64,000 nucleotides of DNA from Deltaproteobacteria bacterium (GTDB taxonomy: Bacteria; Myxococcota; Kuafuiibacteriia; Kuafuiibacteriales; Kuafuiibacteriaceae), in assembly GCA_040218735.1 (NCBI GenBank), contig JAVJQW010000038.1:160001-224000 (forward strand). Direction: 5' to 3'. This document shows, in pieces, positions 48,595 to 57,443 of the stretch (within the stretch, counting starts at the first letter, position 1; each line of letters opens with the position of its first letter). Made by a program: the position numbers and the translations under genes. Under the pieces are notes generated by a model. The model did no database searches and was not told the DNA's origin. It saw only the letters and a program-made list of their open reading frames with translations.

Positions 48595-48968
48595 TAGGTT
48601 CTCTCCCCCGAGTCCCAAGGTCCGAGTGTTTCACGCCCGAACCACATCTGAAATATGGTCGCCGTAAGCATTCGATCTCACGACGTAGATCAGCGATATC
48701 GAGTTGATTTCCAACCTGTCAACGCAGCCGATGTGAACCCTGATACGCCGATGTCGGACCCTGTAACCGGCTGATAACGCTTCGTTTTCACGGCTCGCCC
48801 GTGAAACATTCGGGGGGTGTGAACCGGGGCTCGGGTGGGCGAAAAGCGTTAGTGGTTGCAGGAGGTTATCAGGGGTCGGACAAACGTCCGACCCTGTGGA
48901 CAACGTGTGTTTCACTGTGTGGACCACACGGTCCAACCGCCGCCGTCGACGGCTCTGCCACACGGATC

Positions 48969-48995
48969 CGGTCCGATTCGGGCCGATTTTTTTTT
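48969..48995 (+). terminator. intrinsic terminator-like hairpin plus T-tract, with no + strand gene upstream
   Basis: CGGTCCG-ATT-CGGGCCG stem (one G.U pair) followed by A and nine T. Confidence 0.5.
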
Positions 48996-49065
48996 GAAAT
49001 TTTTTGGTGTCGGCGACCGTTCGGAAGGGTTTCGGCCGCGAGCTTCGACCCGCGCGCGCCGTTTT

Positions 49066-49983
49066 TCAGACGAAGCTCAGCCACTCGGGGTGGCTTTCGT
49101 CGTTCCCGCGGACGGCATCGAAGTACGCCTGCTGCAGCTGCTCGGTCACGGGACCGCGGCGGCCCGCGCCGATCCTACGCCCGTCGATCTCGCGCACCGG
49201 CGTGACCTCCGCGGCCGTCCCGCACAGGAAGACCTCGTCCGCGATGTACAGGTCACTGCGCGTGAAGCGCTCCTCGCGCACCGTGAAGCCCGCGTCCTTC
49301 GCGAGCGTGATGATGCTCGAGCGCGTGAAGCCCGCGAGGATCGAGGCGCCGCGCGGCGGCGTGAACAGCACGCCGTCCCGCACGATGAACAGGTTCTCGC
49401 CGCTGCCCTCCGTCACGTAGCCGGCCTGGTCGAGCAGGATCGCCTCGTGGAAGCCGTTGTTGATCGCCTCGCGCTTCGCGAGCACCGAGTTGGTGTACTG
49501 CCCGCAGATCTTCGCCTTTTCGTAGTGGGAGCGGACCCCCATCCGCGTGTAGCTCGACACGCAGCACCGCACGCCCATCTCCAGCGCTTCGTCCCCGAGG
49601 TACGCGCCCCACGGCCACGCGGCGATCGCGAAGCGGACCGCGTTGTCGACCGCGGCCACCTTGATCGATCCCTCGCCGAGCCAGATGAGCGGCCGCAGGT
49701 AGCCCTCGTCGAGCGCGTTCTCCCTCAGGACCAGCTTGCAGGCCTCGTTGATCTGCTCGACCGTGTACTTCACGTCGATCAAACAGATCCGCGCGGAGTC
49801 GAGGAGGCGCTTCGTGTGGTCTTCGAGCCGGAAGATCGCGGTCTTTCCGCCGGCGGTCTTGTACGCGCGGATGCCTTCGAACACCCCCAACCCGTAGTGC
49901 AGCGTGTGGCTCAGGACGTGCGTCGTGGCCGCCCCGTAATCGACGACTTCACCGTCCAACCAGATGCGCTTGGCGTCCTGCAT
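49066..49983 (-). CDS. ilvE: branched-chain amino acid aminotransferase
   Basis: LHYGLGVFEGIRAY, KAKICGQY, EGSGENLF, ILAGFTR, GTAAEVTPV. Confidence 0.97.
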   Translation of the reverse strand: MQDAKRIWLDGEVVDYGAATTHVLSHTLHYGLGVFEGIRAYKTAGGKTAIFRLEDHTKRLLDSARICLIDVKYTVEQINEACKLVLRENALDEGYLRPLIWLGEGSIKVAAVDNAVRFAIAAWPWGAYLGDEALEMGVRCCVSSYTRMGVRSHYEKAKICGQYTNSVLAKREAINNGFHEAILLDQAGYVTEGSGENLFIVRDGVLFTPPRGASILAGFTRSSIITLAKDAGFTVREERFTRSDLYIADEVFLCGTAAEVTPVREIDGRRIGAGRRGPVTEQLQQAYFDAVRGNDESHPEWLSFV

Positions 49984-50051
49984 GCCGGACACCCAAACCT
50001 GCGCCAGGCCAGCCGGTCAAGGAACTTCGACCGTACTGTATCTATCCGGAA

Positions 50052-51488
50052 TCAGGGGAGAGTGAGGGGTTCGAGCATCTTCTGGACGAACGGTCCCTGC
50101 TGCGCGAATTCGGCCTTCCCGCGGCGGATCGCCTGGTCCACCGCGCGGCGCTTCGGCACCAGCGAAGTGGGCGAGAGCGTCCACCGGTACGTGAACACGT
50201 GCTGCGCGAAGCCCCGCTCCTTGGCGACGTTCTCCGCCGCGATCCGCTGCAGCGGGAGGAACAACACGTTGCGCCCGATCTGGGGGGCAAAGCAGTCCAG
50301 CCCGAGGATGAACGCGTTGCGCGTCCCGAGGTGCCCGGACTGCACGTGCTCCCACGCCGCCCGCGCCGGGACGTTCGCCGCGATGCCCCCGTCCGCGAAG
50401 TAGTCGACGCCGTGGTGCTCCATCAGCGAGCGCATGATCGCGTGCATCCGCGGGTCGTCGCGCGTGATGTCGTACTGGATGACCACCGGCAGCGCCGACG
50501 AAAAACCCACGGCGTCGATCACGTCGAACGCCTGCGACATCGTCTCCGCGCCGAGCGGAATCTGCGTGAGCGCACCCGGCGTCGCGACGAGCTCCGACAG
50601 CAGCGACACGACGTTGCTCATCATGTCCTTCAGGTGCAGCAGGCGCCCGAGCGCCCCGCGTCGAATCTCGCGCCGGAACATCCGCTCGTACTCGTCGACC
50701 TGACGCACCGCCTCGCGGCGCACGCCGGTCACGACGCAGATGAACGGGATCGGCATGTCCTGCAGGCGCTGCGTCTCGCCGTCCATACCGACGAAGAACC
50801 GCGACAGCGCCGACCGCAGGTAGAGCCTCAGCGCCCCCGGCATCGCGTAGCGGGTCTCGGCGTCGAGGATCCGGAAGATCTTCTTGAACGTGAGCCCGTG
50901 TGTCACCGCCCGCACCGTCTCGTCGCGGTAGTGCACCTCGCGCGCGCGGAAGAGGCCGAGGATCGATCCGATGCTCGAACCGCTGATCAGCTTGGGCGTC
51001 AGGCCGAGCGACTCGAGGACGCTGAAGGTGCCGAGGTGCACGTACCCGCACCCCCCTCCGCCCCCAACGGCGAGGACGAGCGCCTTCTCGGTGAGCTCGC
51101 GCTCGAGGTCGGCCGCGTCGAGGCGGCCGAGGAACTGCGAGCGCAGCCCGTCGCGCGCCGTCCTCAGGTGCGGCTCGAGCGCCTGCGCGTCGGTGCCCAG
51201 CGCGCGCGGATCGAGGCCCTTTGCGCGCAGGATGCGGTCGGCGAGCGGGCGCACGCGATCCCGGAACGTGCCGAGCTGCGGACCGACGACGACGGGATCT
51301 TTCGAAGAAATCACCCAGAGGCGGGCAAGATTCAGCGCCTGCCGGAGTATGACCTCATGAGTGCGAGGGAGGCGGTCGGGGCGCTCGACGAGCGCGTGCA
51401 CGAGCGCGACCTCGGCCTCGTCGAAGGGACGGAGCTGTCGATAGCGTTCGGCGAGGTCGGGGCGCACGTCGGGAGGGATCGCGACCAA
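50052..51488 (-). CDS. patatin-like phospholipase; start approximate
   Basis: GGGGGCG, GSSIG nucleophile motif, DGG motif. Confidence 0.9.
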   Translation of the reverse strand: MVAIPPDVRPDLAERYRQLRPFDEAEVALVHALVERPDRLPRTHEVILRQALNLARLWVISSKDPVVVGPQLGTFRDRVRPLADRILRAKGLDPRALGTDAQALEPHLRTARDGLRSQFLGRLDAADLERELTEKALVLAVGGGGGCGYVHLGTFSVLESLGLTPKLISGSSIGSILGLFRAREVHYRDETVRAVTHGLTFKKIFRILDAETRYAMPGALRLYLRSALSRFFVGMDGETQRLQDMPIPFICVVTGVRREAVRQVDEYERMFRREIRRGALGRLLHLKDMMSNVVSLLSELVATPGALTQIPLGAETMSQAFDVIDAVGFSSALPVVIQYDITRDDPRMHAIMRSLMEHHGVDYFADGGIAANVPARAAWEHVQSGHLGTRNAFILGLDCFAPQIGRNVLFLPLQRIAAENVAKERGFAQHVFTYRWTLSPTSLVPKRRAVDQAIRRGKAEFAQQGPFVQKMLEPLTLP

Positions 51489-51532
51489 CCTCTCGACGTT
51501 AGAAGGCTTTGCGGTCGCCTGCCAACTTGAGG

Positions 51533-52348
51533 ATGAGTACTTCGATTCTGCCTGATGACTCGGTCGTGATTCGCCTAGCGCGGGAAACGATCCATCTGAG
51601 CGCCAAGACGGCGGCGATCCACGTACGCGCCGTTCATCCGCGCCGCGACCTCGGGGGTTCACTCCTCGCCGCCTACCCGCTGACCTCCGCGGAGCGCGTC
51701 CGCTTGCGGCCCCTCCTGGACGGCCGGGTCACGCTCACCCTGGAGCTGCGCGGCGGCACCACGGTCTCGCTCGGCGAGGCCCCCGGCCAGGACATCGCGA
51801 TGGTCACCGCCCGCGTCGTGGCCGACGTCACCCGCTGCATGGTCGAGGTCTCCGGGCCCGCGACCGCCGTGAAGGCCCACCTCTACGAGCCGACCGGGCG
51901 CCTGTACTGGGACGAGGGCACGCTCCCCTCGCTCGCCCGCGATGACGAAGAAGATCCCGACACCGATCCGCCGGACGGCTGGCGGCCGCCCCCGGATCTG
52001 ACACCCCCGCCGGTGATCGTCCGCGGCGAGCCGGACCCCGTGGTGTCCTTCCCCGCGGCCCGCGCCGAACCGCCGGAGCCCGAGGCCCCGGTCGCGCCCC
52101 GCATCATCCGGGGCCAGCCCGAACCGCAGGCGCCCGTGTTCCTCGATCTGCTCCGCGAATCGCAGATGTACGAGCCCGTGATGCCCACGCCGATGGAGGA
52201 TCCCGAGAAGGATCGCGCCACGCAGGTCGGCATCGGAGGTTGGCGCGGCCGCTCCACCACGGGCACCCGCCTGCGCGCGATCTACGAGATGCTGCGCCTG
52301 ACGTCGGAGCGCCTCCCGGTGGCGACCGAGAGCCTGGCCCTCCTCTGA
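51533..52348 (+). CDS. hypothetical protein with Pro-rich C-terminal half
   Basis: ATG at 51533 after GAGG; typical codon usage. Confidence 0.7.
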   Translation: MSTSILPDDSVVIRLARETIHLSAKTAAIHVRAVHPRRDLGGSLLAAYPLTSAERVRLRPLLDGRVTLTLELRGGTTVSLGEAPGQDIAMVTARVVADVTRCMVEVSGPATAVKAHLYEPTGRLYWDEGTLPSLARDDEEDPDTDPPDGWRPPPDLTPPPVIVRGEPDPVVSFPAARAEPPEPEAPVAPRIIRGQPEPQAPVFLDLLRESQMYEPVMPTPMEDPEKDRATQVGIGGWRGRSTTGTRLRAIYEMLRLTSERLPVATESLALL

Positions 52349-52400
52349 GGACAACTGAAGCAACCTCGCAAGGTGTGAACCCGATAATGCACCTCGGGTC

Positions 52401-53597
52401 ATGCCAGTCACGAACGCGATGAAGAAGGTCCTCGGTGACGGCGTCGTCGAACGCCGCGAGGTCCCCCAGCTCTCCCAAGACATCGGCCGCGGCACACGCG
52501 CGTCGGACCTGAGGAAACTCGCCGGACCGCAGTTCGTCGACGCCCTCGAAGGGGGCACCGGCGACGACCTCGTCCGCCTCGGCCGCCAGCACGGCGTCGA
52601 GCTGCGGTTCACCGCGCCGGTGAAGGACATCGCGGGCGCCGGCGACATCCTCGCGGGCCGCGCAACCCTGAAGCGCGGCGGCACGAACCGCGAGGCCTCC
52701 GTCGTCGCCGTCCAGCGCGGCTTGATGGCGCTGTCGAGCCGAATGCAGCAACCGAAGATCGCGCTGCCGAACTGGGGCGCGGACGGGGACTACGGCGGCG
52801 AGACCGAAAAGGCCGTCGTCGCGTTCCAGACGATCTACGGCGCGGCCCACGGGCTGACGCCGAACGGCGAGGTCGACGACAAGACCGCGAAGCTCCTCAA
52901 CGACATGGTCGGCCGCACGTCGGTGCCGAAGCTCCTCGTCGACGAGGTCGGCGCGATGGCGCCGAGCAAGAAGACCGTGCTCGCCGCGTGTGACTTCCTC
53001 CTCAAACACGACGCGCGCTTGTACGGCACGCAGTCCGACTGGCGCTGCCGCGATCCGAAGCACCCGCAGTTCTCCCAGGCAAACGCGGTGAGCGACACGA
53101 GCGGTCGCTACTGCGACGTGTCGATGAACGGCAGCGGTTGGAAGTGCAACCTCGCGCTCGGCACCGCGCTCTACCTCGCGGGCTTCGAGCCGCCGCGGTA
53201 CCCGAGCGGCGCGTACCCGATCGCCACGGAGCTGTACCGCTACACGAAGTCGATTCAGGGACGGAACGCTCGCGACCACGTCGAGCTCGACCTGAAGGCG
53301 CAAGTCAGGAACCTCGATCAGATGAGCGCCGACGAGCGCAAAGCGAAGATCGCCGCGCTGATCGATCAGGCGGAGCCGGGCCAGCTGCTGATCGTCGACC
53401 ACGGCTCGGGTGGCGGCGCCGACGGCGGTCACTGTCGCATCGTCCGAGATGTCTCGGACTGGAACGGTGGGCGCGGGACGATCCGCTGCTTCCAGGCGTC
53501 GAGTCGCGCGGCGCTCGACAAGGACCAGGTGCTCTCGGACTTCACGAGCGAAAAACACGTCTACCTGCTCGAGGCGAACACGCCGCGCGAAGCCTGA
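52401..53597 (+). CDS. peptidoglycan-binding domain protein with putative Cys-His hydrolase C-domain
   Basis: LKRG...V..VQ..L...GADGDYGGETEKAV.AFQ...GL...G.VD..T (PG_binding_1); WKCN ... PGQLLI...GGHC.IV. Confidence 0.8.
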   Translation: MPVTNAMKKVLGDGVVERREVPQLSQDIGRGTRASDLRKLAGPQFVDALEGGTGDDLVRLGRQHGVELRFTAPVKDIAGAGDILAGRATLKRGGTNREASVVAVQRGLMALSSRMQQPKIALPNWGADGDYGGETEKAVVAFQTIYGAAHGLTPNGEVDDKTAKLLNDMVGRTSVPKLLVDEVGAMAPSKKTVLAACDFLLKHDARLYGTQSDWRCRDPKHPQFSQANAVSDTSGRYCDVSMNGSGWKCNLALGTALYLAGFEPPRYPSGAYPIATELYRYTKSIQGRNARDHVELDLKAQVRNLDQMSADERKAKIAALIDQAEPGQLLIVDHGSGGGADGGHCRIVRDVSDWNGGRGTIRCFQASSRAALDKDQVLSDFTSEKHVYLLEANTPREA

Positions 53598-53660
53598 CCG
53601 ATCCTGAAACCAGGGGCGGCCGATTGAACCGACCCCGGACTCCACGCTACCCGTCGAGTC

Positions 53661-54698
53661 ATGCTTCGCCGGTTCGCCTGGGTCCTCCTCGTCTTCGGGT
53701 GCGGGGGCGAATCATCCACCCTGATCGCGGTCGACACCCCAACGGACGCCGACGTCTCGCTCACGTCCGCGCCGCCGGCGACGGTGCAGTCGCTCGGCGC
53801 GCCGTACCCGATCGTGCTCGCGCACGGGATGTTCGGCACCGACCGCTTCGCCGACGTGCTGGAGTACTGGTTCCGGATCCCGGGGCACCTCGAAGCGCAG
53901 GGCGAGGTGGTGTTCGTCGCCGAGGTCGATCCGCTGAACGACTCGACGACGCGCGGGCTGCAGCTGTCCGCGTTCGTCGACGAGGTCCTCGCCGAGACCG
54001 GCCACGATCGCGTGGTGTTGATCGGGCACTCGCAGGGCGGCCTCGACGCCCGCGTCGTCGCGTCCACCTATCCGAACAAGGTCGCCACCGTGGTGACGAT
54101 CGCGACACCGCATGTTGGCAACGAGCTCGTCGACGGATCACTCGGGCTCCTCGACAATCGTTTCGGCGCGCTCGCGACCGACGCGCTTGCCGCGGTGCTC
54201 GGTCCGTTCGTGTACGACCGCGACGAGGATCTCGACGTGCTCGCCGCGTTGAATCAGGTGTCGACCGAAGGCATGGACGCGTTCAACCGCGACTACCCGG
54301 ACGCGGCGGGCGTCGACTACTTCTCGATCGCGGGTCGCACGGACATGGTCGGGAGTGACCACGCGGCGTGCGCCGCACCCGCGGCGCCGGCGTTCGTTTC
54401 GCGCTGGGACGACGAGGACGACCCGGTCAGCCTCGCGATGCGGTTGTCGGAGGATCTCGCCGACGGCAACCCGATCGGGTCGCGCCCCAACGTGCTGCCG
54501 AACGATGGGTTGGTCACCGTCGACAGCGCGCGTCACGGGACCTTCCTCGGTTGCATCCCCGCCGATCATCTCGAGCAGATCGGACAGCTCGTGGGCGCCG
54601 ATCCGGGGTGCGCTTTGATTCCTCCGCGCTGCAACGACTTCGCGTACCTCGAGTTCTTCGCGCAGCTCGCGGACTGGCTGCGCAGCGAAGGGTACTGA
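53661..54698 (+). CDS. triacylglycerol lipase (lipoprotein)
   Basis: Lipobox VFGC; YPIVLAHG, GHSQGG, NDGLV, DHLEQIG. Confidence 0.93.
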   Translation: MLRRFAWVLLVFGCGGESSTLIAVDTPTDADVSLTSAPPATVQSLGAPYPIVLAHGMFGTDRFADVLEYWFRIPGHLEAQGEVVFVAEVDPLNDSTTRGLQLSAFVDEVLAETGHDRVVLIGHSQGGLDARVVASTYPNKVATVVTIATPHVGNELVDGSLGLLDNRFGALATDALAAVLGPFVYDRDEDLDVLAALNQVSTEGMDAFNRDYPDAAGVDYFSIAGRTDMVGSDHAACAAPAAPAFVSRWDDEDDPVSLAMRLSEDLADGNPIGSRPNVLPNDGLVTVDSARHGTFLGCIPADHLEQIGQLVGADPGCALIPPRCNDFAYLEFFAQLADWLRSEGY

Positions 54699-54738
54699 GA
54701 CTCCCCGCGCGCCCGGTTGGTGTTATGGTCCGGGTTCG

Positions 54739-55347
54739 ATGAACGCCGGCCTCTTCCTCCTGCTCCTCGCCCCGGCCGCACCGAACGCACCGAGCTACGA
54801 ATCGCTGGCTTCGGAGGCGACGCCCGTGAACAACCTCGGCCGGTACCTCGAGGACTACCTCGGTGACTGCGACCACGACACGCCCGGCTTCGACAAGAAG
54901 GGCTGCGAGTCCAAACAGCAGACGGTCCAGAAGCAGAAGAACGGCGACCTCATCAAGATCGTCGTCGACGATGTCCGCGACCAGCTGAGCTTCGCCGGGT
55001 GGGACGATCGCAAGCGGGCCTACCGACTTCACCTCACGCCGCTGTTCCCGGAGCGCGACGTCGCGTTGACCGTCGGGAAGCCCCGACGTCTGACCGCCGA
55101 TGGCCGGCCGATCCTCAAGAACATCCCGCTGTGGGTCGAGCTTCCGAAGGGGGAGGCTGACTTTGCCTTCCGCCGGAGGTTGGAGCGTGGCATGGTCCGC
55201 CTCGAGTTGCTGGTGCGGCCGAAGGGGCCCTGGAAGAAGGCCAAGGGAGACGAGACGCTGCGCGGCCTCGAGGTGAAGCTCGTGGGCTTGCGCCTGCTCC
55301 CTGCGCGCGGCGCCGGTCAGCTCTACCAGCAGGTCTACACACGATGA
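54739..55347 (+). CDS. hypothetical exported protein
   Basis: Short signal-like N-terminus; two Cys; typical codon usage. Confidence 0.75.
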   Translation: MNAGLFLLLLAPAAPNAPSYESLASEATPVNNLGRYLEDYLGDCDHDTPGFDKKGCESKQQTVQKQKNGDLIKIVVDDVRDQLSFAGWDDRKRAYRLHLTPLFPERDVALTVGKPRRLTADGRPILKNIPLWVELPKGEADFAFRRRLERGMVRLELLVRPKGPWKKAKGDETLRGLEVKLVGLRLLPARGAGQLYQQVYTR

Positions 55348-55928
55348 GCGAGGCACCCAAGGACCCTCGCGCCGCGTTCCGCGCGGCGCTCGAGGACGAG
55401 GCCGTCCACAACGCGGCGGATCGGATTCGCACCACCGACGGCGCGCCGTCGTTGTCGCAGATGCTCGAGCTGGGGCGCGCGCTCTCCGCGGCGTGCGGCG
55501 CGAGCGAGGACGCTGCGCGTCTGCATGCGGAGCTCGTCGGGTACCAGGAGGCGGCGACGCCGATCCCGGACGAGCGTAAGGCGATCGGTTTCGCGAGCCC
55601 GTTCCCCGTGCGCGCGCTCGACATGGGTCTGCTCGATCCGGAGGAGATCTTCCTCGCGAACCGCGAGAAGTTCTCGCAAGTCACGTTGACGATCGGGCAG
55701 CCCGTCGAAGAGCTCGAGACCGCGCTCTCGCAGATCCGTCAGGGCGGCGTGCTCGCGCTCAAGGTGCCGGCTTCGGAGATCACGCAGGAGTCGGCGTCGA
55801 CCGACGAGGAGACCGAGGTCTTCATCTACATCCTCCCGCGCGAGATTCAGCGCATCGTCGACGCCGCGCGCGCGCGCGCGCTGGATGCGGTGATTCGTCG
55901 CATCGTGGATGCGGCGTCCGCATCCTGA
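55344..55928 (+). CDS. AbiTii-like domain protein (tentative)
   Basis: LSQML....L...ELVGY.....IPDER, IGQPVEELE and IQRIVDAAR.R.LD resemble AbiTii motifs; ATGA overlap with the upstream gene. Confidence 0.55.
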   Translation: MSEAPKDPRAAFRAALEDEAVHNAADRIRTTDGAPSLSQMLELGRALSAACGASEDAARLHAELVGYQEAATPIPDERKAIGFASPFPVRALDMGLLDPEEIFLANREKFSQVTLTIGQPVEELETALSQIRQGGVLALKVPASEITQESASTDEETEVFIYILPREIQRIVDAARARALDAVIRRIVDAASAS

Positions 55929-56043
55929 GATGACTTCGCATCCTCGGCGTGTACTCACTGCCGATTCTCCATCCCTTTTTGATTCCCTGATCAGGTGGCC
56001 AGTTGTTGCGCCGAGCCGACCGCTGTCACCGTAGATCTCGGAC

Positions 56044-56607
56044 ATGGGTGCCGACGTCATCCCGCTCGCGGACTGTGAGCTCGCCGACGCCATCGAACGG
56101 GGTGCGCTGGACGACGTGACGCGTGCGCTTCAGCGTGGCGCGTCGTTCGAGCCCGACCCGGTCGACGGTGTGCTGCCGTTGCACCGCGCGATCATCGCGC
56201 AGCACGTGGAGATCGTCTCGCACCTTTGCGCTTCGGGCGCCGACCCTTCACGCGCCGACGACAACGGCGCGAACGCGCTCGACCTCGCGGCGACGCTCGA
56301 CTCCGTCGCGGTCGTCGCCGTGTTGATCGCGTACGGTGCGCCGCTCAACGGGCGCGGGGACGAAGGGTACACGCCGCTGATGAGCGCGGCGGGGCGCTCG
56401 TTCGAGATCGCGACGTTGTTGGTGAGCATGGGCGCCGACTTGAAGGCGCTCAACGATGACGGCCGAACGGCCCTGCAGGAAGCGTTGGCGCTCGGCGATC
56501 TCGCGACGGCCGACCTGATCTTGTCGGTCGACGATCCCGAGCAGATCAGCGACGCGGAGGACCGCCCGCGCCACCGCCGGGCGCGCCCTGCATCATCATC
56601 TCTTTGA
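56044..56607 (+). CDS. ankyrin-repeat protein
   Basis: PLHRA, GANALDLAA, GYTPLMSAA, GRTALQEA with GAD/GAP turns. Confidence 0.92.
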   Translation: MGADVIPLADCELADAIERGALDDVTRALQRGASFEPDPVDGVLPLHRAIIAQHVEIVSHLCASGADPSRADDNGANALDLAATLDSVAVVAVLIAYGAPLNGRGDEGYTPLMSAAGRSFEIATLLVSMGADLKALNDDGRTALQEALALGDLATADLILSVDDPEQISDAEDRPRHRRARPASSSL

Positions 56608-57352
56608 AGCCGAGCTTCTTGTAGGCCTTCGGCGCGGTGAAGTTCGACGCCGGAGCGTTGTCCTTCTTCATCTCCTGCACCTCGGTCGTCGAGGCGATCG
56701 CCTGCGGGCCGAGCATCATCGTGCGCTTGGTGCGGAGCGGGAAGCCGTAGTCCGCGACCTGCAGGAGCACCATCGAAGCGGCGCCCGCGCCGACGCCGGC
56801 CTTCTTCAGCTTGGCGGCGAGTTTCTTCGCATCGTTCCGGAACGCGCTGACGTCGACGTCGACCTTCGCGGACATACACGCCTCGACCTCACCCTCGGGG
56901 CCTTCCCACGTGTAGATCTGGCAGGTGCGCCCGGCGACCTTGTCCTTCTTGCCGGTCTTCTTCACCGACAGGTCCGCCTTGCGCGCCTTCTCCTGCTTCT
57001 CGAGCTGCGCCTCGATCGTCTTGCGGACGTTCTCCGGCATGTTCGGCAGCTGCGCCCGCATCTGCGCGATCATCTCGTTCTGCATCTTCACGAGCTCTTC
57101 GAGCGTGACCGACGCGAACTGTTTCTTGCCGTGGTCGACCATCGTGAAGTCGCCGGACAACAGATCGATGATGATGGTCGTCTGGTCCGGGTTGTCGACG
57201 CGCAGCTTGTGGTGGCCGTAGGCCATCTGCGACATCTGCTTGCCGCCCTTGTCACCCATCGTGTGGGACTGCTTGGCGGTCCAGCCGGCGAACGCCGTGG
57301 AGGCCGCGAATGTGAGGGCACCGACCGCGGCGACCGTGGAAACAAAACGCAT
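56546..57352 (-). CDS. exported protein (DUF4412-like)
   Basis: Signal peptide ..TAFA; KKTGKKDKVAGRTCQIY, GFPLR, F..PK.YKK motifs; ATG at 57352. Confidence 0.8.
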   Translation of the reverse strand: MRFVSTVAAVGALTFAASTAFAGWTAKQSHTMGDKGGKQMSQMAYGHHKLRVDNPDQTTIIIDLLSGDFTMVDHGKKQFASVTLEELVKMQNEMIAQMRAQLPNMPENVRKTIEAQLEKQEKARKADLSVKKTGKKDKVAGRTCQIYTWEGPEGEVEACMSAKVDVDVSAFRNDAKKLAAKLKKAGVGAGAASMVLLQVADYGFPLRTKRTMMLGPQAIASTTEVQEMKKDNAPASNFTAPKAYKKLGFKEMMMQGAPGGGAGGPPRR

Positions 57353-57443
57353 CGTCGGCGGGTAGCACGGGGTAGCGACAAGGGTCAAAGCAAGGAAGAT
57401 CTGCCGTTGCGCTATGACGCCTCTTCGGAGTAGCGACGCCTCC

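Noticed and set aside
48631-48963. 110-aa minus-strand ORF in the fic-ilvE spacer
   Set aside because: Atypical codon usage, no motif, and it overlaps the structured non-coding elements.
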